Source: a virus
Strand: one strand, 5' to 3'
Length of the DNA: 64,000 bases
Virus record (IMG/VR): IMGVR_UViG_3300037155_000096
A model generated the notes under the pieces. It searched no databases, was not told the origin of the DNA, and saw only the letters and a program-made list of their open reading frames with translations. Made by a program: the position numbers and the translations under genes. Position 1 is the stretch's first letter. Every line of letters starts with the position of its first letter. Of the stretch, positions 47,472-56,565 are shown piece after piece.

Positions 47472-48869
47472 TTAGAACGGCATATTCGTAACGGTTACTT
47501 TTCCGAAATAGTTGTTGCTAAGAATCTTAGCAGCATACCTTGTTCTTATACCCTTGCTCATTTGGAACGAAGAAGGATTGAAGAATGTCGGTGTCAACTG
47601 GATTGGAATGTATGGCGCATAGCAGATACCAGAATCAGCAAATCCAGGACCTTTGTAACCAACGAGGATTACGTTAGAGGTCAAGAACGGATCTGAGTAC
47701 ACTAACCATTTACCATTCAAAGTTCCAGCTTTCTGGATGCCTAACTGAAATTCAAGATTTCCAAGGGTGGAAACGAATTCAGGAAGCTGATCCAAGAATG
47801 CTATGATTTCAGGACTGGTGATTATCCAGTTCGCCTGCTGTTTCAGAGTAGCTTTGTAGACTTTCTGAGACATAGAGCTAATACGGGCAATCAGAGTTCT
47901 GATGTGATCTTGCAATGTGATCTGACTTGTGGTCGGATCGTAGACGTAATCCCAAGTGGTCGAATGAGCTGCTTTAACGTTGGCATAGATCATACCAACA
48001 AGTTCTCTATCGACTTCAAGAGCAACCTGTGAACCGGAAGCAGAAACTAAATCAGCTTCAGCATCAGTTCCCCAGAGAGCTTTCATGTCTTCAGCTGTCT
48101 CAACCGAGTATAAACTGACAAGTTTCCTTGAACCAGCTCTTACAGGTATGATGTCAAGATCGCCTTCAACAGAGGAAATACCTTGGTCGGTATTCTCAAC
48201 TGGGTAGGAATAACTTGCGGTGACAGGAGTTCCAACTGAAGGACCAGTCACGAACACTACTGTCATAACGCCAGTTTCATAGTTCACAACACCGGCAACA
48301 ACACCCTCTCCAACAAGTCCGCCATTTCCATCATCAATAGCAGTAACTGAGCCAGCTGTAACTGACAGAGTTCCTGGATTGATTTTACCACGGCTTAACT
48401 GTTTGAAGAATGTGGTGACTCTTGCACTGGTGTCTCCGGTTCCGAGTAATTCGTTTTCTACAAATGTTTCGGCTTTGGAGTAGGTCGGATCAAAATGATC
48501 GACTTTAGGGAACACGTCGCCTTTTGTGATGGTGCCTTTTGTGGTACCATAAATATTCTTATAAAAAGCGATTGCGCCGATTGGTCCGTCCATTGGTTGA
48601 ACAGAGGCAACGTTATTTGCTATCAAATTCGGCCATACGTTGCGGATGAGAGGGAAAATGAACTTGGTATACTCAGCTACTGCTGTAGTAGACATTGCTT
48701 CGTTCATCATACCTTTCATGTGAACCATTTGGTTCTCAAGAATCATGGCAGTGTTCTCGGCATTTCTTTTGCCGTTAACATCTTTTACCATACCTTTCCA
48801 TTTGTCTAAAAGCTGTGCTCTTAAACCGGGCGCAAGGTTGCCCTCAAGGAACATTTCGCGAGCTTCCAT
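47472..48869 (-). CDS. Major capsid protein (T4 gp23-like) with inserted beta domain
   Basis: ILENQ, VQPMDGP, EVDRE, YAPYIP and KGIRTRYA motifs. Confidence 0.95.
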   Translation of the reverse strand: MEAREMFLEGNLAPGLRAQLLDKWKGMVKDVNGKRNAENTAMILENQMVHMKGMMNEAMSTTAVAEYTKFIFPLIRNVWPNLIANNVASVQPMDGPIGAIAFYKNIYGTTKGTITKGDVFPKVDHFDPTYSKAETFVENELLGTGDTSARVTTFFKQLSRGKINPGTLSVTAGSVTAIDDGNGGLVGEGVVAGVVNYETGVMTVVFVTGPSVGTPVTASYSYPVENTDQGISSVEGDLDIIPVRAGSRKLVSLYSVETAEDMKALWGTDAEADLVSASGSQVALEVDRELVGMIYANVKAAHSTTWDYVYDPTTSQITLQDHIRTLIARISSMSQKVYKATLKQQANWIITSPEIIAFLDQLPEFVSTLGNLEFQLGIQKAGTLNGKWLVYSDPFLTSNVILVGYKGPGFADSGICYAPYIPIQLTPTFFNPSSFQMSKGIRTRYAAKILSNNYFGKVTVTNMPF

Positions 48870-48903
48870 TTGGATGCATCTCCTACTTAGTTAATGAATT
48901 CTG

Positions 48904-50364
48904 TTATTTTTTTCGGCTTTCGTCGCTGATTCTAATCAGTTCTTCCATCGATACTCCGCACACATCTGTGCCTTTCTTGCTTGGAACTCTGTTATTCTCA
49001 CCTACATTGCCGACGACTTCTTCTGTCAAAGACAAATTCTTATTCGCCTTCAACCTCCTCTGAACATCTTCAAACAGCCCATTCTTGTGGGATACATCCT
49101 TTTTAATTTGCGCTTGACGCCCTCTATCCTTGAGGAAATTGTCTAACGTACCATAGACTTCCTCTTCGCTATCGACCAGCTCTTCAATCATGGCTACTTC
49201 GAGAAGCTCAAGCTCCCCAGCAGTTATGCCTGATTTCATCGCCAGACTACCAGCGTAGTTTTGTAAAGCACTGTTCTCCCCATAAGGTAGCGGATCTTCA
49301 TTCTCTACCGTGAGGGCAGGTACTGGTGCTCTTTCAGTTCTGCCAGATTTCCTCTCAGCTATTTTGCTAGCCAGAAGATCTCTCTTAGTTGATACAATAT
49401 TTTCAACGACCTTCGGTTTTACCGCAGGTACAGGAGCCATTACTATTTTGGCTTTAATTTTTTCAATTACTTCTTTTAGTTTCGTGGATAACGATGCGAG
49501 ATCCTCGAACAGAGATACATCCCCAATGAGTCCGAGAACTTCTTCCCTTACTTCCGAAGTTACGCCCCTTAATGTTTTTTCAGTAAACAACTCGTAGCCA
49601 GCTCTTTTAGCTGCACCAGCGAAAGTCAACATCTTCAGCGTTAATGCTGTATCTTCCTCAACATGCTGTCCGATTTCTAAATTCAATCTTGTTATCTCGG
49701 ACTCTAAGAACTCGTTTCTTGTAATGAGGACCTGCTGAGCTTCTTTCATACCGTTGAGTTCCAAATCAGGATCTTCAGCGGTCTCTACATCAGGCAATAT
49801 GATCGGATTGCCCGTTTCGTCAACACCTTCCTTGGTGTATACTGGTTCTGCAAATTCTCCGGCAGCGCCTTCATCTACGCAGTCCCATGTTTTCAAACTG
49901 TAATCGCTCTGCACTATCTGGAGAGGACGACCATCAGGTAATTTCTCTTCCGATAACTTTACTGAGCCAAATCCTCGGCTTGAGACATCCACCGGTACTC
50001 TTGCGCCGATTAAAGCCGACAAATCCTGACCATTATGGGTAGGTAATACTTCCAGCCCGCCAGTGATTATGCCATCTTCCCCGATACTTAGCTCCGTGAT
50101 GATATGCGATACTCTTGTCAATTTTGTTTTGCCGTCGCCAGGATGGTCTAATTCGCCCTTTAATTTTCTTGCTTTAATGGCGGGTTGAAGCTTGGCAACT
50201 TCCCTTTCCATTATCGGTCTGGGATAAACTCTGCCGTTCGCAGTAGGTCTATCGCATTTACCGAACGGACCTCTTCCCTTTATAACGCCAGGAAAATCTT
50301 TATCTTCATATAGTTCGAAAATAACAGTCTGGCTATCGGTCAATAATTCTCTTAAATAACTCAT
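48904..50364 (-). CDS. Prohead protease (T4 gp21-like) fused to a scaffold-like coiled coil
   Basis: NGRVYP, GELDHP, RVSH and VSSRGFGS protease motifs, followed by ~290 aa of coiled coil. Confidence 0.9.
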   Translation of the reverse strand: MSYLRELLTDSQTVIFELYEDKDFPGVIKGRGPFGKCDRPTANGRVYPRPIMEREVAKLQPAIKARKLKGELDHPGDGKTKLTRVSHIITELSIGEDGIITGGLEVLPTHNGQDLSALIGARVPVDVSSRGFGSVKLSEEKLPDGRPLQIVQSDYSLKTWDCVDEGAAGEFAEPVYTKEGVDETGNPIILPDVETAEDPDLELNGMKEAQQVLITRNEFLESEITRLNLEIGQHVEEDTALTLKMLTFAGAAKRAGYELFTEKTLRGVTSEVREEVLGLIGDVSLFEDLASLSTKLKEVIEKIKAKIVMAPVPAVKPKVVENIVSTKRDLLASKIAERKSGRTERAPVPALTVENEDPLPYGENSALQNYAGSLAMKSGITAGELELLEVAMIEELVDSEEEVYGTLDNFLKDRGRQAQIKKDVSHKNGLFEDVQRRLKANKNLSLTEEVVGNVGENNRVPSKKGTDVCGVSMEELIRISDESRKK

Positions 50365-50386
50365 TTCAAATCCTTCTCATCGTTAC

Positions 50387-50659
50387 TTATGCTCTGATAC
50401 CCTTGTCCGTGAGCTTGAACGCTCTTTTCTGCTTGTGCTTTTTCTTCAACGGACTGTGCTTAGATCTCAGTGCCTTAACTTTGTTTCTTAAAATATCTTT
50501 GCCTGTTTTAATCCTTATAGAGAGCCCCTTCTTACCTCTTCGTGCAATTAGAACTTTGGATTTCCCCTTCAGAGTAAGAGTGTGCCGTACTTTTACAGCT
50601 CTCAAACTCTGAAGGGTTCTCCCTTCCAATATCAACCCCTTTAGTTCTCCTGACAGCAT
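50387..50659 (-). CDS. Small highly basic prohead core protein
   Basis: 90 aa, Lys/Arg-rich, in the head operon. Confidence 0.55.
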   Translation of the reverse strand: MLSGELKGLILEGRTLQSLRAVKVRHTLTLKGKSKVLIARRGKKGLSIRIKTGKDILRNKVKALRSKHSPLKKKHKQKRAFKLTDKGIRA

Positions 50660-50665
50660 GGCGTA

Positions 50666-51463
50666 TTAAACGACTGCTGCTGGTTCTACAGCGGGAACAA
50701 CCGCGGGAACTACTGCAGGAACGACCGCAGGAACTACTGCTGGGACAACCGCAGGAACAACTTCAGGATCTGCATCCTCGTTGATTGCGATTAAGTCGGC
50801 ATAGGTATCGAGCATTTCGTATACTTCCTCTGCGAGTTCGTATAATACTTCTTCAACTGCTTCTTCGTCGAGTTCCTCGGTAGCTTCCTCGATTTCAGTT
50901 TCGAGATCTTCGATGACTTCAGATATTTCTTCTGAGCCGTCAGCTATGAACTCAATATATTCCTGAACCAATGCATCTTCACTTTCAAACAATGGTGTCA
51001 CATTTTCCTCAACAAGAGCGAGTATCTGGGACATTTTTTGTAAAACTTCTAATGCTTCATCCTGGACGGAAGCTGCAAGAGAGATTCTTTTTCCGGATTT
51101 GTGAATTGCGGTGATTTTAGCAATGCCTAATCTTTTGATTGCTTTCGCTCTTTTGAATAGACTTTTTTTACCGGCAGAAGAGTGTCTGAATTTCTTTGCT
51201 TTAGATTTCAGTTTGCTTCTGTTCTGTTTGTAGTATCTCTTAGCTTTTTTCTTAGCTAAACGAGCTGCCGAGCCGGTCTTCAATTTGAGTATCTTGATTT
51301 CATCAAGATTTGAAGCTGGTTCAACTGCTGGAACTACTGCGGGGACTACTGCGGGAATAACTGCGGGGACTACTGCGGGAACAACTGCTTCCACGATTGG
51401 AGTAACCAGACCTAATGCTATTAAGTCTTCGTCCAATGAGGTTAGAACATGTGTTTTTTTCAT
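50666..51463 (-). CDS. Prohead core/scaffold protein with VVPA repeats
   Basis: (VVPA)n at both ends, a basic block and an acidic block; first gene of the head operon. Confidence 0.65.
   Translation of the reverse strand: MKKTHVLTSLDEDLIALGLVTPIVEAVVPAVVPAVIPAVVPAVVPAVEPASNLDEIKILKLKTGSAARLAKKKAKRYYKQNRSKLKSKAKKFRHSSAGKKSLFKRAKAIKRLGIAKITAIHKSGKRISLAASVQDEALEVLQKMSQILALVEENVTPLFESEDALVQEYIEFIADGSEEISEVIEDLETEIEEATEELDEEAVEEVLYELAEEVYEMLDTYADLIAINEDADPEVVPAVVPAVVPAVVPAVVPAVVPAVEPAAVV
50678..50762 (-). repeat. 12-nt-unit coding tandem repeat (VVPA), C-terminal
   Basis: About seven units, degenerate at third positions. Confidence 0.9.
51314..51390 (-). repeat. 12-nt-unit coding tandem repeat (VVPA), N-terminal
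   Basis: About six units. Confidence 0.9.
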
Positions 51464-51589
51464 TCTGATCTTCTCCTAACTTTTGATTTATAGTAATTTT
51501 CTTTCTCACTTAACACGAACCACTTACTTAAATCATCAGTTAGAGCACTTACAGAATTAAAGGCATAAGCCTTGCACAATCTTAAAACA

Positions 51590-51619
51590 AGTTTACGAAC
51601 ATCGAATCCCTATTGTCAA
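51590..51619 (-). promoter_or_regulatory. Sigma70-like promoter candidate for the head operon
   Basis: TTGACA (51619-51614), 18-nt spacer, TAAACT (51595-51590) in the intergenic region. Confidence 0.5.
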
Positions 51620-51650
51620 TGGAACGGACGTCCTTATGGCATCTGTGTCC

Positions 51651-51890
51651 CTAAATGCAGGGGATTGCCGTAGCTTCAGTTAATCGCTTGTTAGCATATT
51701 CGACAAACGAACTTTCGCTTATCCGTGTATTACGGGGAGTCTTTCTTATAGCTTTCAGTTCTCCCGTTTCGATTAGACGGTACACAGTCCTTGTACTGCA
51801 TCCGAGCTTGGATGCTACCGAGTGAACATGTAGTCTATAGTCTTGCAAATTAGTCATGATATCATTCATCTGGTTTATCAATTCTTTCAT
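51651..51890 (-). CDS. Excisionase-like (HTH_17/MerR-type) DNA-binding protein
   Basis: VHSVASKLGCSTRTVYRLIETGELKA...RISESS. Confidence 0.85.
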   Translation of the reverse strand: MKELINQMNDIMTNLQDYRLHVHSVASKLGCSTRTVYRLIETGELKAIRKTPRNTRISESSFVEYANKRLTEATAIPCI

Positions 51891-51951
51891 ACATTTCTTA
51901 CAAATAGATTTATAATCGTTGCGAAATTGTGTGCACTTAGCTTAATCATCA

Positions 51952-53712
51952 TCATTCGAAATACTTCGATGCATCTACTCTACCTTCTGAATCATCTTCC
52001 ACGCCACCACCGAAACTTGACCTCTTTCCTGAAATCTTGATACCTTTCTGCATCTCAAGGATCTGAGACATGAGCTTTTTCATATCCTTAAATTTTTCAC
52101 CATTGACATAGTTACTGTCCATGATTTCATTTAATCTCTTGTCGAGATTTTTCTCCCTTACCGCCCATTCGCGGGAATTACGTAATTTATCCTCTCTACC
52201 AACCAACATCGCTTCCCTTAACATGTTGCCACGAGTGTATGTGGATTCTTCTGCTGGTGGGCTTGCCTGTAATGCAGCGTTTTGAGCCTTCAGATCCGCA
52301 CTTACCTCACTGGTCTTCTGTCTGAGCACTACCTTAGCATCTGCTTCCGCCATACCCAGTATCCTTGTTAAAATCCATTCCTTAGAGACGAACGGATCTA
52401 ATTGAGCGGCAAGAGCCACCTTGGTATTTTCTACTTCCAGATTGGCTATCTCAAATGCCGTCGATGGGACAGCCATTTTAAGAGTATAGTCCAATTTTCT
52501 GTAGTCGACGCCCCTTATCGAGTAATCTACACCGATAATCTTATTATAACCGACCAGCAGCTCCCTCTGAAGCCTTAATACCGTTCTTGCGAAACGGATA
52601 TCTTCGTTGGAACCGGCTGTTCTGGAATCTGCCGTTTCATCGTAGGTCAGGAATCTCTTGGGAATCTTTAATCCCGCGAATTCTTTATTCCTGTAATACG
52701 ACAATTCATCAAGGCTCTGGTAATCCAGTGCTGGAAGATTCTCTATTCTGGTCGGATCTTTCGAGTCGCGTACACCAACCCAGATATCTTCCTGCTGAGC
52801 GAGCGGATTCGTTGAGAACTCCAACTTGCCCGTTCTTGGATTGATATAACTCTTCTTTCGATACTCTCTCTGAAGTTCTTTCATGAAGGCTTTGGATTCC
52901 TTCGGTGACTTGTTGCCAGTATTTACATAATAAACCAGTCTGTTGGGAGATCTCGTAATCTTATACAGTATCGTGGCGTCCTCTAACAACTGTAACCGTT
53001 TCCATGCCCATCTTGCGTTCTCGGCTAATCCGAATCCATATCTGCTTCCGCGATTCTTGGTCCTGAGTCTGAAATGAATCATCTCCCAGTTATCGAAGAA
53101 GGTCGAGGACTCCTGATGTCTGACATTCCCGGCTACCGCATCAATAACTTCCTGATCTTTGTAATTGAACTTGCCCTGGTAATCGACACCAAATGCTGTC
53201 TTCCCACCGACTTCATATCTCCTGGCAATAGCTGGACTAATAAAGTCAAGACCATTAACGCCCTTATCATCATACAGGATGGCTTCAAAATCATTACCGT
53301 ATTTTGCAATCGTTCTGGCTTGTTCCCAAATATTCTCTTCTACCTTCAGGGTATTATCAAGGAAGTTATTCAGGTACGTCCTCGTAGTATCATCAAGCGA
53401 GTCCACCCACATGGTTTTCTTCAGCTTATAATCCATCTGGGTTGCATCATCAGCGTAAATATCGTATGCGCTTCCTATGATGGGATCGCTATCATCCATA
53501 TTTTCGTAATCGATATATCGGGTGATCAGATCCTGACTTACCTTCAAATGTTCATACAAGTCTTCATAGCCGTGTCTGACATACAACGATGACGCTGCTC
53601 CGCCTGCTGCTACTCGTACTGGAGCTTGACCTGTTTTTGGATCTATTGCCGGCGTGTCAGTCTGATCGCTGAACAGTAACTTTATAAAGCCTAAATTCTT
53701 AATTCCTGCCAT
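51952..53712 (-). CDS. Portal protein (T4 gp20-like)
   Basis: YENMD.SDP.I..AYDIYADD, IHFRL, WKRLQLLEDA.ILYKITRSP.R and LKIPK motifs. Confidence 0.95.
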   Translation of the reverse strand: MAGIKNLGFIKLLFSDQTDTPAIDPKTGQAPVRVAAGGAASSLYVRHGYEDLYEHLKVSQDLITRYIDYENMDDSDPIIGSAYDIYADDATQMDYKLKKTMWVDSLDDTTRTYLNNFLDNTLKVEENIWEQARTIAKYGNDFEAILYDDKGVNGLDFISPAIARRYEVGGKTAFGVDYQGKFNYKDQEVIDAVAGNVRHQESSTFFDNWEMIHFRLRTKNRGSRYGFGLAENARWAWKRLQLLEDATILYKITRSPNRLVYYVNTGNKSPKESKAFMKELQREYRKKSYINPRTGKLEFSTNPLAQQEDIWVGVRDSKDPTRIENLPALDYQSLDELSYYRNKEFAGLKIPKRFLTYDETADSRTAGSNEDIRFARTVLRLQRELLVGYNKIIGVDYSIRGVDYRKLDYTLKMAVPSTAFEIANLEVENTKVALAAQLDPFVSKEWILTRILGMAEADAKVVLRQKTSEVSADLKAQNAALQASPPAEESTYTRGNMLREAMLVGREDKLRNSREWAVREKNLDKRLNEIMDSNYVNGEKFKDMKKLMSQILEMQKGIKISGKRSSFGGGVEDDSEGRVDASKYFE

Positions 53713-53713
53713 A

Positions 53714-54829
53714 TTAGCTTAACCTCTTTTTCAGGTCTTCGAAGACCGCTATCAAATGTTTACAAACTTTCTTTTTCATTCCTGGGTTGGTCTTTAACGG
53801 TGGCTCCATGATCGAATTTACTATATGGCTTGCGTTGGTCTTCCATAAACTGTATTCATTTTCAAATGTGAAATTTTCGCAGTTGCAATGCAGTATTACA
53901 TTCTGGCTGATCGTAGTTAATCCCTTAACATTCGGCAGAGGCTTTATATACTGTCTGTGAACGTGATGGTTACTTTCTGTAACCGTCTTATAAATTAACT
54001 TGCCAGCTTGGGTGATGTTCAGAAGTGTCGGTTTAATATCTTCCGCCCGCAGCTTAAAACGCCTGGGCGTTGTTTTCATTAACTGAGCTATACTTCTTTC
54101 TTCCATCATAGCTTGAATCAAGGACTCTACCAGTCCCCATTTACCGTCAGCATATTTCTGAAGATTCTTGAGCTTAATATCTTTCTGTTTCTTCAGACGT
54201 TCGCTCTGAATGGTCGTGATAAGCCCAGCAATCTTATATTTCAGATTCTTGACAGCTTCCTTATCGGAAGATGCTGTAGTCTCGATATAACCGTCTTTGT
54301 TGGGAGTCTCATCAGTGCGGACTGCATTAGTGAACGCTTTATACATGACTACTTCTTCCTCCACGGCATTCTTCTTCAGAATGTAAGTCATATACTCTAT
54401 CCCCTTACTGGTATGCATTTCAGTTTTGTCCAGCTTGAAGCCTTCGTTCTCTGCGAACTTATCGATTAACGCTTTATAAAGCTTGGCTCTGGAGTTCTTG
54501 CCGCCCTCTTCATACTTCGCGATAATCCAGATCTCCTCAATGGTCTTCACCTTCTTCACATAATCTTTTGCGATCTGGATTACCGTGGATAGTATTCGGA
54601 ATGCATCACCCTTTCCTGTAACTTCAGCCGAGCCCGCATCATCATCAAAATGAATTGCGAACGACTTACCGTTATCCCTGATTTTCGTTAAGACTTTGAA
54701 TGGCTCTCTACCGTCCGGCTGGAAGGCGAGAGTACGAGTACCGTCTCCGGGCAGTAAATTCCCCAGATACTTGTAGGGCTTCGCAAGAACCTCTATCAAC
54801 AGATCTAATTCTGAACTCATCGTTAACAT
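53714..54829 (-). CDS. Multi-domain protein with C-terminal SWIM-like zinc finger
   Basis: N-terminal TGKGDAFRILSTV...SRAKLY domain; C-terminal CNCENF...VCKHL. Confidence 0.7.
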   Translation of the reverse strand: MLTMSSELDLLIEVLAKPYKYLGNLLPGDGTRTLAFQPDGREPFKVLTKIRDNGKSFAIHFDDDAGSAEVTGKGDAFRILSTVIQIAKDYVKKVKTIEEIWIIAKYEEGGKNSRAKLYKALIDKFAENEGFKLDKTEMHTSKGIEYMTYILKKNAVEEEVVMYKAFTNAVRTDETPNKDGYIETTASSDKEAVKNLKYKIAGLITTIQSERLKKQKDIKLKNLQKYADGKWGLVESLIQAMMEERSIAQLMKTTPRRFKLRAEDIKPTLLNITQAGKLIYKTVTESNHHVHRQYIKPLPNVKGLTTISQNVILHCNCENFTFENEYSLWKTNASHIVNSIMEPPLKTNPGMKKKVCKHLIAVFEDLKKRLS

Positions 54830-54955
54830 ATTTTATTTCACATAAAGTCATATCGTTGACATCCGTTCTTGCTTGCCTTATCCCATTCAAATCTTTACTT
54901 ATAATCACTGCATAATACGTGTCGTGTTATATAACACCAATAACCGTTCCAAGAT

Positions 54956-55045
54956 TTACTTCGCTGGTACCGGCTCTGGTTTCTTTTCTAACTGCTGGAT
55001 GATTTCGTCCAGCTCTACAGTTAGGTCTTTCAGTTCAGTTGCCAT
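54956..55045 (-). CDS. Micro-ORF (29 aa, not in ORF track)
   Basis: AAGGAG RBS; MATELKDLTVELDEIIQQLEKKPEPVPAK*. Confidence 0.6.
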   Translation of the reverse strand: MATELKDLTVELDEIIQQLEKKPEPVPAK

Positions 55046-55061
55046 AACATTTCTCCTTATT

Positions 55062-56225
55062 TTAATCTACTTGAACAAACCCATCAAAACCTGAATCGCC
55101 CTCATCGTCAGCCTCCGCCGAAGCACTTATTCTTTCGCCCGGCTTACTTCTCGATGACTCCGAATAAAATGAAGTCCCTTCACCTGGGTATTTCGTCGCC
55201 AGCGTGAATACTACCGCAGCGATTGCGTCGCTTACATCCTTTGAATAATCATCGGGATGGTCGACTTTTCCCTTATATGCATTAAATTCTAATCTTCTTA
55301 ATTCTTCCTGAGCCGGCTGATACGGGTACATTTTTAATCTGTCTTCATATAATGTTTGCTTCAATGTATCATAAGCCTTCATCGGACGGTCTACCGACAC
55401 TACTTCCGACTCGTATCCGCGGGCTTTGAACGCCTGGATGCTGTCCGCAGACTGGTACGAATCCATCGATATGTATCTTATGGGCATTCCCATTTCATGC
55501 AAAGCGTATATCAACTTCCTGATATCCTGGAAAATTATATCTTCTCCCATCCTTGGATGAATCCTTAACATCAGGTCGATTTGAATCAGCGGGCGTGTTT
55601 CCACCGTTACTATCGGACCGACCTTTTTCCGGATCTCTTTGTATCCGTAAATGTGCCCTATTGCTAAACCCGTGGCATCTCCCCTCAATGAAGCGTCAAT
55701 ATGGACATGACGGGATGCCTCTGGGTGAAATCTTGGTACTCTTTCACCAAACTCGTTAATCTTAAATAATGCTTCTGTCAGGAACTTACCTCTGTCAGTC
55801 ATATCCCAGACTTCCTGAGTAAACGGATGCTGATAACTGTCATCGACTGCATCCATGATCTTCTTGCGGTTCCTTATGAACGGCGTAATAGCCACCGTAC
55901 TTACTCCGGCAAGATCTCTCAATGCTGTATCGGTATCTCTCATAAAATCATCATAGAAGTCCATGGGTACATCGATAATCTGAACTTCTTCCATACCCTC
56001 GTATTCAGTGACATCTTCTCCATCTTCCAATACCTTAGAAGATAATACTGAATTACCGACCAGCACCTTAAACCTCTCAGGCATGAATATCTTAGCATCC
56101 TTAGCTCCCCACTGACTGTTATGGACTACTAATCCATTCGCCAGCGTGAAATTATGGCAACTGTCTTCCTCGATATCATAGACATCTTCATTACCATCAA
56201 ATTCTATCTTTGCGATACGCTTCAT
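55062..56225 (-). CDS. terL: Terminase large subunit C-terminal part, preceded by split-intein C-fragment
   Basis: Starts with a 36-aa IntC ending VVHN|S. Then an RNase H-like nuclease: HVHIDASLRGDATG, ISMDSYQS, SKDVSDAIA. Confidence 0.92.
   Translation of the reverse strand: MKRIAKIEFDGNEDVYDIEEDSCHNFTLANGLVVHNSQWGAKDAKIFMPERFKVLVGNSVLSSKVLEDGEDVTEYEGMEEVQIIDVPMDFYDDFMRDTDTALRDLAGVSTVAITPFIRNRKKIMDAVDDSYQHPFTQEVWDMTDRGKFLTEALFKINEFGERVPRFHPEASRHVHIDASLRGDATGLAIGHIYGYKEIRKKVGPIVTVETRPLIQIDLMLRIHPRMGEDIIFQDIRKLIYALHEMGMPIRYISMDSYQSADSIQAFKARGYESEVVSVDRPMKAYDTLKQTLYEDRLKMYPYQPAQEELRRLEFNAYKGKVDHPDDYSKDVSDAIAAVVFTLATKYPGEGTSFYSESSRSKPGERISASAEADDEGDSGFDGFVQVD
56118..56225 (-). mobile_element. 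Split intein C-fragment (IntC, 36 aa)
   Basis: Block F VYDIEE and block G HNFTLANGLVVHN; Ser+1 nucleophile at 56115-56117. Confidence 0.93.
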
Positions 56226-56226
56226 G

Positions 56227-56556
56227 TTATTTCAAGAATCCCGCTATTGCCTTGAGTTCTTTCGCAGAGAATATCCATTGCGATTGCTTGCCATTGAATT
56301 CCCCAATGAACCTGATACTGCCATCCTTTAATTTCTCCATGGTAGCATTGTCCAATACCAATACTTCTATAGTGCCGGCGTTCAACACTGGTTTCCCATC
56401 ATCACCAACGATAGTATCGCCCAGTTTCAATTTCGAATAAACTCCTTTCTCCGCCAATCTCTTTTCCTCCATAATCGAAGGGATCAAATCTTCCGGAACT
56501 TTCCCACCCAGTATTTCAAAATCTTCTGCCAGCGAACTTATTTTAACCTCTTTCAT
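56227..56556 (-). CDS. Hypothetical protein between the terminase halves
   Basis: 109 aa; N-terminus ISSLAEDFEILG resembles LTSLDEDLIALG of the prohead core protein. Confidence 0.7.
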   Translation of the reverse strand: MKEVKISSLAEDFEILGGKVPEDLIPSIMEEKRLAEKGVYSKLKLGDTIVGDDGKPVLNAGTIEVLVLDNATMEKLKDGSIRFIGEFNGKQSQWIFSAKELKAIAGFLK

Positions 56557-56565
56557 AACTTCTCC

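Noticed and set aside
50678-51390. CRISPR array or non-coding VNTR
   Set aside because: The repeats are in-frame 12-nt coding units with no spacers. No CRISPR array or tRNA was seen anywhere in the window.
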